A program made the translations under genes and the position numbers. Under the pieces are notes generated by a model. The model was not told where the DNA came from. It saw nothing but the letters and a program-made list of their open reading frames with translations, and did no database searches. From Alphaproteobacteria bacterium (GTDB lineage Bacteria > Pseudomonadota > Alphaproteobacteria > Bin95), in assembly GCA_963665325.3 (NCBI GenBank), contig CAXXWS020000002.1, positions 1,274,694-1,338,693 of the forward strand: DNA of 64,000 nt, given 5' to 3'. Below, in pieces: positions 20,974 through 29,860 of this stretch (positions are counted from its first letter, which is position 1; each line of letters begins with the position of its first letter).

Positions 20974-21978
20974 ATGGTCGATTCCTTACCGGGAATAGCT
21001 CCCTTTTCGGTGTTCGTCGTCGTCGTGCTGGTGTTCGCCGTGGCGCTCGTCTTCATGGGCGTCAAGACGGTGCCGCAGGGCTTCGAGTTCACCGTCGAGC
21101 GTTTCGGGCGCTACACCCGGACGCTTACGCCCGGTCTGCACCTGATCGTGCCCATCGTGGACCGCATCGGCCAGCGCCAGAATGTGATGGAGCAGGTGAC
21201 CGACGTGCCGTCGCAGGAGATCATCACCCGCGACAATGCCATGGTGACTGTGGACGGCGTGGTGTTCTTCCAGATCCTGGACGCGGTGAAAGCGTCCTAC
21301 GAAGTGCGTCGCCTTGAACTCTCGACCCTCAACCTGACGATGACCAACATCCGGACGGTGATGGGCTCGATGGACCTCGATGAGCTGTTGTCGCAGCGCG
21401 ACAAGATCAACGCCGAACTGCTGAAGGTGGTGGACGAGGCGACCGCACCCTGGGGCGTCAAGATCACCCGAATCGAGATCAAGGACATCACGCCGCCCGC
21501 CCAATTGGTGGATGCCATGGCGCGCCAGATGAAGGCGGAGCGGGAAAAGCGCGCAGTGATCCTGGAGGCAGAGGGCGTGCGGCAGGCCGAGATCTTGAAG
21601 GCCGAAGGACAGAAGCAGGCCGCGATCCTGGAAGCGGAGGGCCGGCGGGAGGCTGCGTTCCGGGACGCTGAAGCGCGCGAACGCGAGGCCGAGGCCGAAG
21701 CCCGGGCTACCGAAATGGTCTCGAAAGCCATCGGGGAAGGCAATATCCAGGCGATCAACTATTTCGTCGCCCAGAAATACGTCTCCGCGCTGGAAGGCAT
21801 AGGCAGCGCTCCCAACCAGAAGATCGTGTTGATGCCGCTTGAGGCTTCGGGCGTTATCGGCGCCGTCGCAGGGCTGACGGAAATCGCCAGGGAGGCCTTC
21901 GGTTCCGACGGAGAGGCCGCACCGCCCGCCGCCCGCCGGCGTCGGGGCTCGGTGCCGCCTTCCGGTTCCGGCGCCTGA
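20974..21978 (+). CDS. SPFH/stomatin-family protein (QmcA-like)
   Basis: N-terminal TM, VERFGRY, ITRDNA, LDELLSQRDKIN, QMKAEREKRA. Confidence 0.92.
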   Translation: MVDSLPGIAPFSVFVVVVLVFAVALVFMGVKTVPQGFEFTVERFGRYTRTLTPGLHLIVPIVDRIGQRQNVMEQVTDVPSQEIITRDNAMVTVDGVVFFQILDAVKASYEVRRLELSTLNLTMTNIRTVMGSMDLDELLSQRDKINAELLKVVDEATAPWGVKITRIEIKDITPPAQLVDAMARQMKAEREKRAVILEAEGVRQAEILKAEGQKQAAILEAEGRREAAFRDAEAREREAEAEARATEMVSKAIGEGNIQAINYFVAQKYVSALEGIGSAPNQKIVLMPLEASGVIGAVAGLTEIAREAFGSDGEAAPPAARRRRGSVPPSGSGA

Positions 21979-21988
21979 GGCGGGGCCG

Positions 21989-22474
21989 ATGGAGTCGTTT
22001 GCACTAGAGGACATCTCCTACTGGCACTGGCTGGCCTTCGGCGTATTCCTGATGCTGGTGGAAATCCTGGTTCCGGGCGTCGTCTTCCTCTGGCTGGGAA
22101 TCGCCGCGGTCTTGACCGGCTTGCTGCTTGCTGTCGTGCCGGACACGGGCTGGCAGGCTCAACTGGTCGTTTTCGCCGTTCTGTCGGTAGCGGCAATCTT
22201 CTTCGGGCGCCGCTTTGTGGCTTCGAGGCAGAGGCCGACCGATCATCCGACCCTCAACCGGCGGGGCCGCAGCATGGTCGGCACGCGCGCCATTCTCCGC
22301 GATCCGACCGTCAGCGGTCGCGGCCGGATACGCATCGGGGACACGATGTGGGCGCTCCGCCTGGCATCGCCCGAGGGCGAACTCCCGGCAGACACCGAAG
22401 TGACGGTCGTTGAAGTGGACGGCGTGACGCTCGTCGTCCGCGAAATCCCCGAGGAGGCCGTCGAAGACGGCTAG
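21989..22474 (+). CDS. NfeD-family membrane protein (YbbJ-like)
   Basis: WHWL...EILVPGVVFLWLG, LNRRG, GRIRIGDTMW; partner of SPFH; TAG stop is the end of the repeat. Confidence 0.88.
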   Translation: MESFALEDISYWHWLAFGVFLMLVEILVPGVVFLWLGIAAVLTGLLLAVVPDTGWQAQLVVFAVLSVAAIFFGRRFVASRQRPTDHPTLNRRGRSMVGTRAILRDPTVSGRGRIRIGDTMWALRLASPEGELPADTEVTVVEVDGVTLVVREIPEEAVEDG

Positions 22475-22543
22475 AGTGGAATCCATTCGAATTGAACCGC
22501 AACTGGAACCGAACCCAAAACCGTCACCCCGGCCCCCGAGCCG

Positions 22544-22810
22544 TGTGTGGACGCCTCCCTGGATGCAAGCAGTTTTTTCGGCTTGGTCGGGCCTATGCGG
22601 TCAGGCGGAGTCGTGTGTCCGGTTTCCCTTGTGCGGCACTTGAGTTGCCGCGGGCCAGTATGGAGATACGCGGATCGGGTCCATATCGGGGTCATGCGCT
22701 CGCGGCGCGCCGGCTCAGCCTGGTTTTCCCGATCCCGTCTCATTGACCGTTTGCCCTTACCCCTTGCCTCGGCCTGCCTGCATCCTCCGACGGCTCGCCG
22801 CACCGCCTTC
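22544..22810 (-). ncRNA. putative bridge/seek RNA in the IS1111 3' non-coding end (exact RNA ends unknown)
   Basis: Stem GGAUCGGG/CCCGAUCC (22728-35/22672-79) encloses GAGCCGG and GACCCCG matching the two target strands; a downstream loop has ACACACGA matching the circle junction. Confidence 0.75.
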
Positions 22811-23842
22811 TCAGGCGGCTGCGGGAGCCCGGTAGGTCTCCTTCTTCACGGCCAGCGCCCACAGGATGCGCGCCATGCGATTGGCGAGCGCGACGGCGAC
22901 CAGCTTGCGCTTCCCTGGCTTGCTCGCCAGCAGGCGCGCCAGCCAGGGATCGTTGCACTTGCCCCGGCGGATGGCGTTCTGGATCACCGACATCGCCCCG
23001 ACCACCAGCAGGCGGCGCAGGTCCTTCTGGCCCATCTTCGAGATCTTGCCGAGCCGCGGTTTGCCGGCTGTACTGTGCTGGCGGGGCGTGAGGCCGAGCC
23101 AGGCAGCGAAGTCGCGCCCCTTGCGGAAGGTTTCGAGCGGCGGGGCCAGGGCCTGGAGCGCCAGCGCCGTGACCGGCCCCACCCCCGGCACGGTCATCGC
23201 GCGGGCCGCCTCCTCGTCCTCGCGCGCGGCGGCCCGCAGCGTCCGGTCCAGCTCTCTGACCTTCCCGTCCAGCTCGGCGATCCGTTCCAGCAGCAGTGCC
23301 CCCATCTCGTGCGTCAGCGCCGGCAGAGACGCCCCCTCTTCGCCCTCAAGTGCCCAGGCCAGACGTGCCACATGCGCCGGCCCCTTGGGAGCTACAAGGC
23401 CGAACTCCGCTAGATGGCCCCGCAGCGCGTTGATCGTCTGCGTGCGCTGGCGCACCAGAAGCATGCGCACCCCCAACTGCATCGCCCCCGCCTGGCTCTC
23501 CTCGCTCTTCACCGTCACGAAGCGCATGGTCGGGCGCTGCGCCGCCTCGCAGATCGCCTCCGCGTCCGCCGCGTCGTTCTTCTGCCGCTTCACATAAGGC
23601 TTCACATAAATCGGCGGGATCAGACGAACCTCATGGCCCAGCTTGCCGATCTCGCGGCCCCAGTAATGCGCACCCCCGCACGCCTCCATCGCAACCGTGC
23701 AGCGAGGTTGAGACAACAGAAACGCCAGAACCCGACCCCGCGACAGCTTGCGACGGAACGCCACCGAGCCGTCCGAATACGCGCCGTGCATCTGAAAGCT
23801 GTTCTTCGACAGGTCCACCCCGATGATGCTAACCTCCTTCAT
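22811..23842 (-). CDS. IS110-family DEDD recombinase/transposase
   Basis: IIGVDLSK, VAMEACG, KNDAADAEAI (DEDD), TVPGVGPVTA, GLTPRQHSTAGK (catalytic Ser); intact 343 aa. Confidence 0.96.
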   Translation of the reverse strand: MKEVSIIGVDLSKNSFQMHGAYSDGSVAFRRKLSRGRVLAFLLSQPRCTVAMEACGGAHYWGREIGKLGHEVRLIPPIYVKPYVKRQKNDAADAEAICEAAQRPTMRFVTVKSEESQAGAMQLGVRMLLVRQRTQTINALRGHLAEFGLVAPKGPAHVARLAWALEGEEGASLPALTHEMGALLLERIAELDGKVRELDRTLRAAAREDEEAARAMTVPGVGPVTALALQALAPPLETFRKGRDFAAWLGLTPRQHSTAGKPRLGKISKMGQKDLRRLLVVGAMSVIQNAIRRGKCNDPWLARLLASKPGKRKLVAVALANRMARILWALAVKKETYRAPAAA

Positions 23843-24055
23843 TGGATGCCTCCTTCCCATTGGGGGTTTCAACAACACCACCATGGCACATTGCGATGCC
23901 GTCGGATGGAGGCGTCCACCCTATCGGGGTCCAGAACCGCCTTCGAAATTTGGTGAAGCTCCGGTAGGCTGGACCCCGGATCTCCGCTCCGCTCCGTCCG
24001 GGGTGACAATTGAGGCTGCGCCTTCGACTTCGTTTCAACTCGAACGGACCGTGCT

Positions 24056-25351
24056 CTAGCCGGGCGGTCCCAGGCGGCGCACCCGGATTGCCAGAATTGC
24101 GGCCTCTGCGCCGTAGCCGGCCATCCAGGCGGCTAGTCCGATGACGGCGCCGTTGCCCCCCGGCAGCAACAGGGAGATCGCTGCAACCAGAGTGGCGGCG
24201 AAAACGCGGCCAAGCCCCGAAACCGCGAGCGCGCCTGTAACCCTCGCGCCCGCAAGCATGCCGCGAAAGACTGCCGACAGGCCCCAGAAGGCGGCCATGA
24301 GGAATGCAAACTGCATGGCCGGGGCGCAATAGGCTTCCAGCGCCGGCTCCAGGCCCATGGCGTCGGAAAGGACAAGGCGGTCCAGCGGTGTGTGGAACAG
24401 GAGCAGGGCGACAGCCCCGAAGAACAGCATCTGCTGCCCGGCAAACTTCAGTATCACGCGCCTGTCTTCGATTCGGCGCACGAGCGTCTGGGCGCTTTGC
24501 ACCAGATTGCGCAGCGGACTGAGCATCAGGCCCGCCAGGCCGTATACGATTGCGAACGCGGCGAGCGCCAGGTCGGGATTTGGAAGCCGGCCGAGGAACA
24601 CGCTGATGGCGAAGACCATCCCCATCTCGGCCGAGGTATTCAGCATCAAAGGCCAGGAAAAACGCCATTGCGCTCTCACGGTCGGCGGCGCTTCGCCGTG
24701 TTCGGGCAGTCCGGCATAGATGCGCCGGGCGAAGAAGACCGCTACCGCAGTCTCGCAAAACATGGCGAAGACCAGCGCACCGGCGCCGACTGCAGCTCCC
24801 TCCAGCACGAGCGGCAGTACGACGAGCGAGCCGGCGAGCGAGCCCAGCCGCGCGACAGTCGCCCAGGTGATGAAGATCGTCTTCTGTCCCATCATCAGCA
24901 GGCCGAAGGCGACCGACCGGCAGATCAGGATCGGGGCGCTGAGCGACAACAGGAAGGTCGCCGTCTTCGCCTCCGCGACCGCGGCGTCGCTGATTCCGAA
25001 CAGCGTCTGGAACGCGAAATCGCCGATGGGCGTGAAGGCCAGCACCTGCGCGACGGCCCAGGGGACGGCCACGATGACGCCCATGAACCGCAGTAGATGT
25101 GCGAGAGCGCGGCGGCTGCGGAGGTAGGAAAGCGTCAGGAGCGAGCAGACTTCCGTGCCGCTGGCGATGGAATAGTAGAGCGTGAAGGCGCTGTGAAAGG
25201 CCGCGAGCACGATGCTGCTGTCATCCATGCGCGCGAGGAAAGCGTTGATGACCGTCTTCGAGATCATGTTGAGTTCGGTCATGAAAATGAGCGGAACGAA
25301 AAACCGGTAGCAGGTTCCTAAAGTGAGTCCCCCTGCTGCCGCCCCGCTCAT
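24056..25351 (-). CDS. MATE/ANKH-like multi-pass membrane transporter
   Basis: two repeated halves (FFVPLIF...INAFLARM / FSWPLML...ISVFLGRL), about 12 hydrophobic segments. Confidence 0.6.
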   Translation of the reverse strand: MSGAAAGGLTLGTCYRFFVPLIFMTELNMISKTVINAFLARMDDSSIVLAAFHSAFTLYYSIASGTEVCSLLTLSYLRSRRALAHLLRFMGVIVAVPWAVAQVLAFTPIGDFAFQTLFGISDAAVAEAKTATFLLSLSAPILICRSVAFGLLMMGQKTIFITWATVARLGSLAGSLVVLPLVLEGAAVGAGALVFAMFCETAVAVFFARRIYAGLPEHGEAPPTVRAQWRFSWPLMLNTSAEMGMVFAISVFLGRLPNPDLALAAFAIVYGLAGLMLSPLRNLVQSAQTLVRRIEDRRVILKFAGQQMLFFGAVALLLFHTPLDRLVLSDAMGLEPALEAYCAPAMQFAFLMAAFWGLSAVFRGMLAGARVTGALAVSGLGRVFAATLVAAISLLLPGGNGAVIGLAAWMAGYGAEAAILAIRVRRLGPPG

Positions 25352-25422
25352 GCGGCCATTAGACAGGCCGCATGCAAGCTTGCAAACTCCCGCCCGTTCC
25401 CCGTGCGCCGGAGGCTGCCTGC

Positions 25423-26538
25423 ATGATCGTCGAGCGAATCGAAGCCATTCCGATAGAAATTCCGCTGTCCCGCGTCTTCGGCGGCAGCGTCTATGCCGTG
25501 CCGAGCCGCTGCACGGTCATTACCCGGCTTACGCTCAAGGATGGACCGACCGCGGAAGTCTATAACGGCGACAACCGCTCCGAGGGCCGGGAAATCGCCC
25601 GGCTTGTGGAGGAGGTCCTGGCGCCGCTGGTGGTGGGGCAGGATCTGCGCGACTGGCGGCGTCTCTACGATGGCATGTTCGCCCGCGTGCCCGGCGCGGC
25701 CATGGCGCCGAAGCTGCTGCTGGAAGCAATCGCCTGCGTGGACAGCGCGGTCTGGGACGGGCTTGGCCGCACCTACGGGGTCAGCGTTGCGCGCCTGCTC
25801 GGCGGCGCGCGGGACTCGCTGCCGATCTTCTCGATCGGCGGCTACTACGAGGACGGGAAGACGCTGGACGATCTGGGCCGGGAAATGCGCCAGCTCCGGG
25901 AGTGGGGCATGGCGGGCTGCAAGGTGAAGGTGGGCGGCCTGTCGCCGGAGGAGGACGCGGAGCGCGTAACCGCATGCCGGGAGGGCGCCGGATCGGATTT
26001 CATGCTGGCCGTGGACGCCAACCGGGGCTGGGACCGGCGCGAAGCCGAACGTTTCGCGCGGCTCGTGGAGCCGCTCGACATTGCGTGGTTCGAGGAGCCC
26101 TGCCACTGGTTCGACGATGTGTCGGCGATGGCGGCCCTGCGCAACGCAACCTCGATCCCGATCAATGCCGGCCAGAGCGAGATCACCGCGCATGGCGCGC
26201 GCCGGCTGGTGGAGGCGGGCGCCGTCGATATGGTCAATATCGACGCTTCGGAATCGGGCGGGCCGACCGGCTGGCTGGATGCTGCTGCCATTTGCCGGCT
26301 GCACGATGTGCAGATGACCCACCACGAGGAGCCGCAGATCGCGCTTCACCTGCTGGCCGCCACCTCCAACAGCTTTGCGGTGGAGTGTTTCGCGGACCCG
26401 GAACGCGACCCGATCTGGCCCGGCATGTGGCTCGATCCGCCAGACCTCCGCGACGGCCGCCTGCATGTGTCGGACCGGCCGGGCTTCGGCATCCGGCTCG
26501 ACCCCGACAAGATCGCGGCCTTCAGGATCGACCGATGA
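25423..26538 (+). CDS. mandelate racemase/muconate lactonizing enzyme family enolase
   Basis: DSAVWD, KVKVG, VDANRGW, WFEEP, PGFGI. Confidence 0.88.
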   Translation: MIVERIEAIPIEIPLSRVFGGSVYAVPSRCTVITRLTLKDGPTAEVYNGDNRSEGREIARLVEEVLAPLVVGQDLRDWRRLYDGMFARVPGAAMAPKLLLEAIACVDSAVWDGLGRTYGVSVARLLGGARDSLPIFSIGGYYEDGKTLDDLGREMRQLREWGMAGCKVKVGGLSPEEDAERVTACREGAGSDFMLAVDANRGWDRREAERFARLVEPLDIAWFEEPCHWFDDVSAMAALRNATSIPINAGQSEITAHGARRLVEAGAVDMVNIDASESGGPTGWLDAAAICRLHDVQMTHHEEPQIALHLLAATSNSFAVECFADPERDPIWPGMWLDPPDLRDGRLHVSDRPGFGIRLDPDKIAAFRIDR

Positions 26539-27347
26539 CGGGACAGTCCGGGCATGTCGAGGTCGGCGGCAACCGCTTTTTCTATCGCTGGGCAGGACCC
26601 GCCGCCGGCCCGGTAGTGATGATGGCGCATGCCATGGGCACCAGCCACCGCATCTGGGACCGGCAGGTGCCGGCCGTGGCGGCCCGACACCGGCTGCTGC
26701 TCTACGACTGGCGCGGCCACGGCGCCAGCGATGCCCCGGAGGGGCCCTATTCGCTCGACGGCTTCGTCGCCGATGCCGTCGGCATCATGGACGCGCTCGG
26801 GGTCGAGCGGGTGACATGGGTCGGCATTTCCACCGGCGGCATGATCGGGCAGGGCGTGGCTATCGGGCATCCCGACCGCGTGCGAGCGGCGGCGCTCTGC
26901 AACACGATGGCGCGCGCGACGCCCTGGTACCGCCAATGGGTCATCGAGCGGCAGGCGGTCGTGCGCGCTTCGGGCATGGCTCCGGTGTGGGAGATGACCC
27001 ACAAGCTGTGGTTCTCCGACGCTTATGCGGATGCCGCCGGACCGGACTATGCCGCCGTCCGCGATGCCTTCACGGCGACGGACATTACCGGCTATCTGGC
27101 AGGCACCTCGGCGGTTGCGGAACTCGACTATCTGGACCGGCTGGGGTCCATCTCTTGTCCGGTCCTGGTGCTGGGGGCCGGCGACGATCCGGTGACGCCG
27201 CCCGACCGGGTCGACGAGCTCCGCGACGGAATTACCGGAGCCGAACTCGTCATGCTGCCGGGCCTGCGCCATTTCTCCAATGTCGAGGCGCCGGAGGCCT
27301 TCAATGCGCCGCTGCTGGCCTTTCTCGACCGGGTCAACCGCCCATAG
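26535..27347 (+). CDS. alpha/beta hydrolase (3-oxoadipate enol-lactonase-like)
   Basis: YDWRGHGAS, GISTGG nucleophile elbow, DPVTPP, HFSNVE; ATGA overlap. Confidence 0.8.
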   Translation: MTGQSGHVEVGGNRFFYRWAGPAAGPVVMMAHAMGTSHRIWDRQVPAVAARHRLLLYDWRGHGASDAPEGPYSLDGFVADAVGIMDALGVERVTWVGISTGGMIGQGVAIGHPDRVRAAALCNTMARATPWYRQWVIERQAVVRASGMAPVWEMTHKLWFSDAYADAAGPDYAAVRDAFTATDITGYLAGTSAVAELDYLDRLGSISCPVLVLGAGDDPVTPPDRVDELRDGITGAELVMLPGLRHFSNVEAPEAFNAPLLAFLDRVNRP

Positions 27348-28695
27348 CATTGAGGGCGACGCCGAGCGCCGAGCCGAGGGCGGTCACGGCCCCGGCGCGC
27401 GCAAGAGCCCGCCGCGACAGGAGCTGTCGGCCGAACCGCGCGGCAAGGCCTGTCCAGGCCCCGTCCACCGGCGGATTGACGAATATGACGAACGCGGCGA
27501 AGGAGGGGATTGCGCCCAGGACGAAGCCAACTCCATAGGAGCCGGTCCAGGCGAGCAGCCCGCCATAGATCGCCGGGTAGATCATCATGGCGATGGAGGT
27601 GAAGGCCAGCACGCCGCCCGTTATGCCTCCGACCTGGCCTTCGGGCGCAAGGCGCGCTGTTTCCGCCAGCAGGATGCCGTGCCAACTGAGAGCCGTCATG
27701 TTGAAGACGACGGCGACGGCGGTGATTTCCCAGAAGGTCCACTCGACGCCGTAGAGCGCGGTTGCAACTGCCGAAAGCCCGGCTACCAGCCCGATGCCCG
27801 CCATGATGATGCGTGGCGAAACGGCGCCGCCGCCGAGCGCGCCCCAGAGGATGCGCGCCCAGACAGCAGAGAACGATGCGATGGCGAAGGCGGAGCCGGC
27901 TTCGGCTTCCGAATAGTCCAGCCCGTCGATGAGGTAGAGGATGAAGAAGCCGGAAAAGATCGATTGCAGGCCACCGAACGCGAATGCCGCGAAGGACAGG
28001 TCGCGGAGCGGACGGATCGCCAGCACCGTCTTCAGCGTTGCCGGCAGGTCGCTGAAGGCGATCTTCATGTCGGGCCGGCGGTCGGCGTCGAAGAAGCTCC
28101 GGACCGGCTCCAGCGACACCATGACGGCGAAGACGATCAGGCAGGTGATGAACGAGGCGCCGTAAGGGCCTAACCGGACGGAGACGCCGAGCGTGTCCGA
28201 ATAGAAGGCCAGCCCCAGCAGGAAGGGAATGAGCAGGCCGCCGATGAGTGCGCCGACGGGCACGCCCGTCTGCTTGATCGAGAAGACCAGCGGGGCGAGG
28301 CGCAGCGGCGTCACCCGCGCCAGGATATGGGAACTTGCGGGCGTCGAGACGGACGCGGCGCCCAGCAGCAACGCGCCAAGCGGGAACAGCCATAGCAGGC
28401 CGGACGCGGTCACCAGCAGGCTTGACCCCATCAGCAGCAGGGCGACCTGGCTCACCCGTAACGGGCCGTAACGCAGTATGAAGCCGCCGCAGCCGACCGC
28501 CGCGATAATCGCCGCCACGTTCTGGAGGAAGAGGTAGAAGCCGAGCCAGGCCCGGGAGATGCCGAAGTCTTCGGCGATCTGGTCGGCCAGGATCGGAAGC
28601 GCGATCTGGCAGACATAGGAAAAGGCCTGCTGGACGAGCATGGCGACGGTCGCCGCCGCCATGATCGTGCGCGGGCTGAAGCGCGCGAGGTCCAT
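27334..28695 (-). CDS. MFS transporter
   Basis: TPASSHILAR...VFSIKQTGVPVG, multiple TM segments. Confidence 0.85.
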   Translation of the reverse strand: MDLARFSPRTIMAAATVAMLVQQAFSYVCQIALPILADQIAEDFGISRAWLGFYLFLQNVAAIIAAVGCGGFILRYGPLRVSQVALLLMGSSLLVTASGLLWLFPLGALLLGAASVSTPASSHILARVTPLRLAPLVFSIKQTGVPVGALIGGLLIPFLLGLAFYSDTLGVSVRLGPYGASFITCLIVFAVMVSLEPVRSFFDADRRPDMKIAFSDLPATLKTVLAIRPLRDLSFAAFAFGGLQSIFSGFFILYLIDGLDYSEAEAGSAFAIASFSAVWARILWGALGGGAVSPRIIMAGIGLVAGLSAVATALYGVEWTFWEITAVAVVFNMTALSWHGILLAETARLAPEGQVGGITGGVLAFTSIAMMIYPAIYGGLLAWTGSYGVGFVLGAIPSFAAFVIFVNPPVDGAWTGLAARFGRQLLSRRALARAGAVTALGSALGVALNAMGG

Positions 28696-29762
28696 CAGCG
28701 TATGCGGATGTTGACCGCCGCGCGCATCCCGGGCCAGACGGTCTTCTCCACCGCGGGAATGTCGATGAAAACCTGGATCTTGCGGGCTCCGCCGCGGCCG
28801 TTCGGCTCGCTGCCGCCCACGGTCGTGCGGCCGATTGCGCGCACCCGCCCCTCGAGGGTCTCGTCCGGCCAGGCGTCCAAATCGACTGCCACCGGCTGGC
28901 CGGGCCGGATATGGCGGATGTCGGACTCGTCGATGTCGGCCTCGATCCAGACCCGGTCGGGGTCGTGGATCAGGAACACAGGGTCCCCGTCCTCGACATA
29001 GGCGCCCGGATTGACATGGACCTCGTCGATGACCGCGCGGACCGGCGCGCGGATGTGCATATCCTCGAGTTGCCGGCGCGCCTGCTCCACGCCGACCGCG
29101 GTCTTGTCGATCTCCCGGTCGATGACCGCGAGCCGCGTCTGGAAGAGGCGCTCCCGCCCGGCGGTGCCCGACAGCTCTTCGGCTTCCCGCAGGTCCATGG
29201 CGATGCGGGTCTGGATATCGCGGAGCTTGCTTTCGATCTCCAGCAGTTCGTCCCGGGCCTCGTCGATACGACGCTGCGGCACGACATCCCGCCCGAGCCG
29301 CTTGTTGCGCTTGAGATTGTCCTCTGCGATCTGCTTGCGCCGCTCCAGCGTCGCCAGTTCGAGGCGCAGCAGCCGGACGGTTTCCTCCACGGTTGCGATC
29401 TTGTCGGCCAGTTCGGACTTGAACAGCGCCAGTTCCGCTTCCACCTGGCCGCGCTGGGCCTTTTGTTTTTCCAGTTCGGCTTCCAGCGCACGGAGGTCGA
29501 GCGCCGCGACAACATCGTCCATGTCGGCAAGCGGTGCGCCCTTGTCGACAATGTCTCCCTTGCGGACCCGGATCGCCGCGACGCGGGCGTTGACGCTGGA
29601 GGAAAGCAGGGTGAAATCCGCCGCAACCCGGGCATCGGGCTCATAGACATTGTGCCACCAGTGGATCGTCTCGTTGATGCCCACGGCGATCAGTGCCACC
29701 GGGACGGCAAGCAACAGGTAGCCATACGGTCGGCGGCGTTTCTTGACGGGGATATCGGCCAT
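28695..29762 (-). CDS. HlyD/EmrA-family membrane fusion protein
   Basis: N-terminal TM, VRKGDIVDKG, coiled coil, IRAPVRAVI, PGMRAAVNI. Confidence 0.85.
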   Translation of the reverse strand: MADIPVKKRRRPYGYLLLAVPVALIAVGINETIHWWHNVYEPDARVAADFTLLSSSVNARVAAIRVRKGDIVDKGAPLADMDDVVAALDLRALEAELEKQKAQRGQVEAELALFKSELADKIATVEETVRLLRLELATLERRKQIAEDNLKRNKRLGRDVVPQRRIDEARDELLEIESKLRDIQTRIAMDLREAEELSGTAGRERLFQTRLAVIDREIDKTAVGVEQARRQLEDMHIRAPVRAVIDEVHVNPGAYVEDGDPVFLIHDPDRVWIEADIDESDIRHIRPGQPVAVDLDAWPDETLEGRVRAIGRTTVGGSEPNGRGGARKIQVFIDIPAVEKTVWPGMRAAVNIRIR

Positions 29763-29860
29763 CGGCGGGGAATTATTCTATGCTGCGCGGGTGTCGCGCC
29801 TGACGGAACCCTAGCACGGGCGGCGCGAGAAGCGAGACCGCGGGCGGAGAAACGACCCCG

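Larger units (their letters stand above)
22544..23926 (-). mobile_element. complete IS110-family, IS1111-group insertion sequence (1383 bp)
   Basis: 12-bp sub-terminal IRs GTGGACGCCTCC (22547-22558) and GGAGGCGTCCAC (23908-23919), 3 and 7 nt from the ends; CG core at 22542-43 and 23925-26; ends fixed by comparison with the empty site at 34801-34812. Confidence 0.93.
22472..24058. repeat. 204-bp TA-bounded repeat containing a REP doublet, interrupted by the IS
   Basis: 22472-22543 plus 23927-24058 rejoin to a near-identical reverse-complement copy of 34675-34878. Confidence 0.9.
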
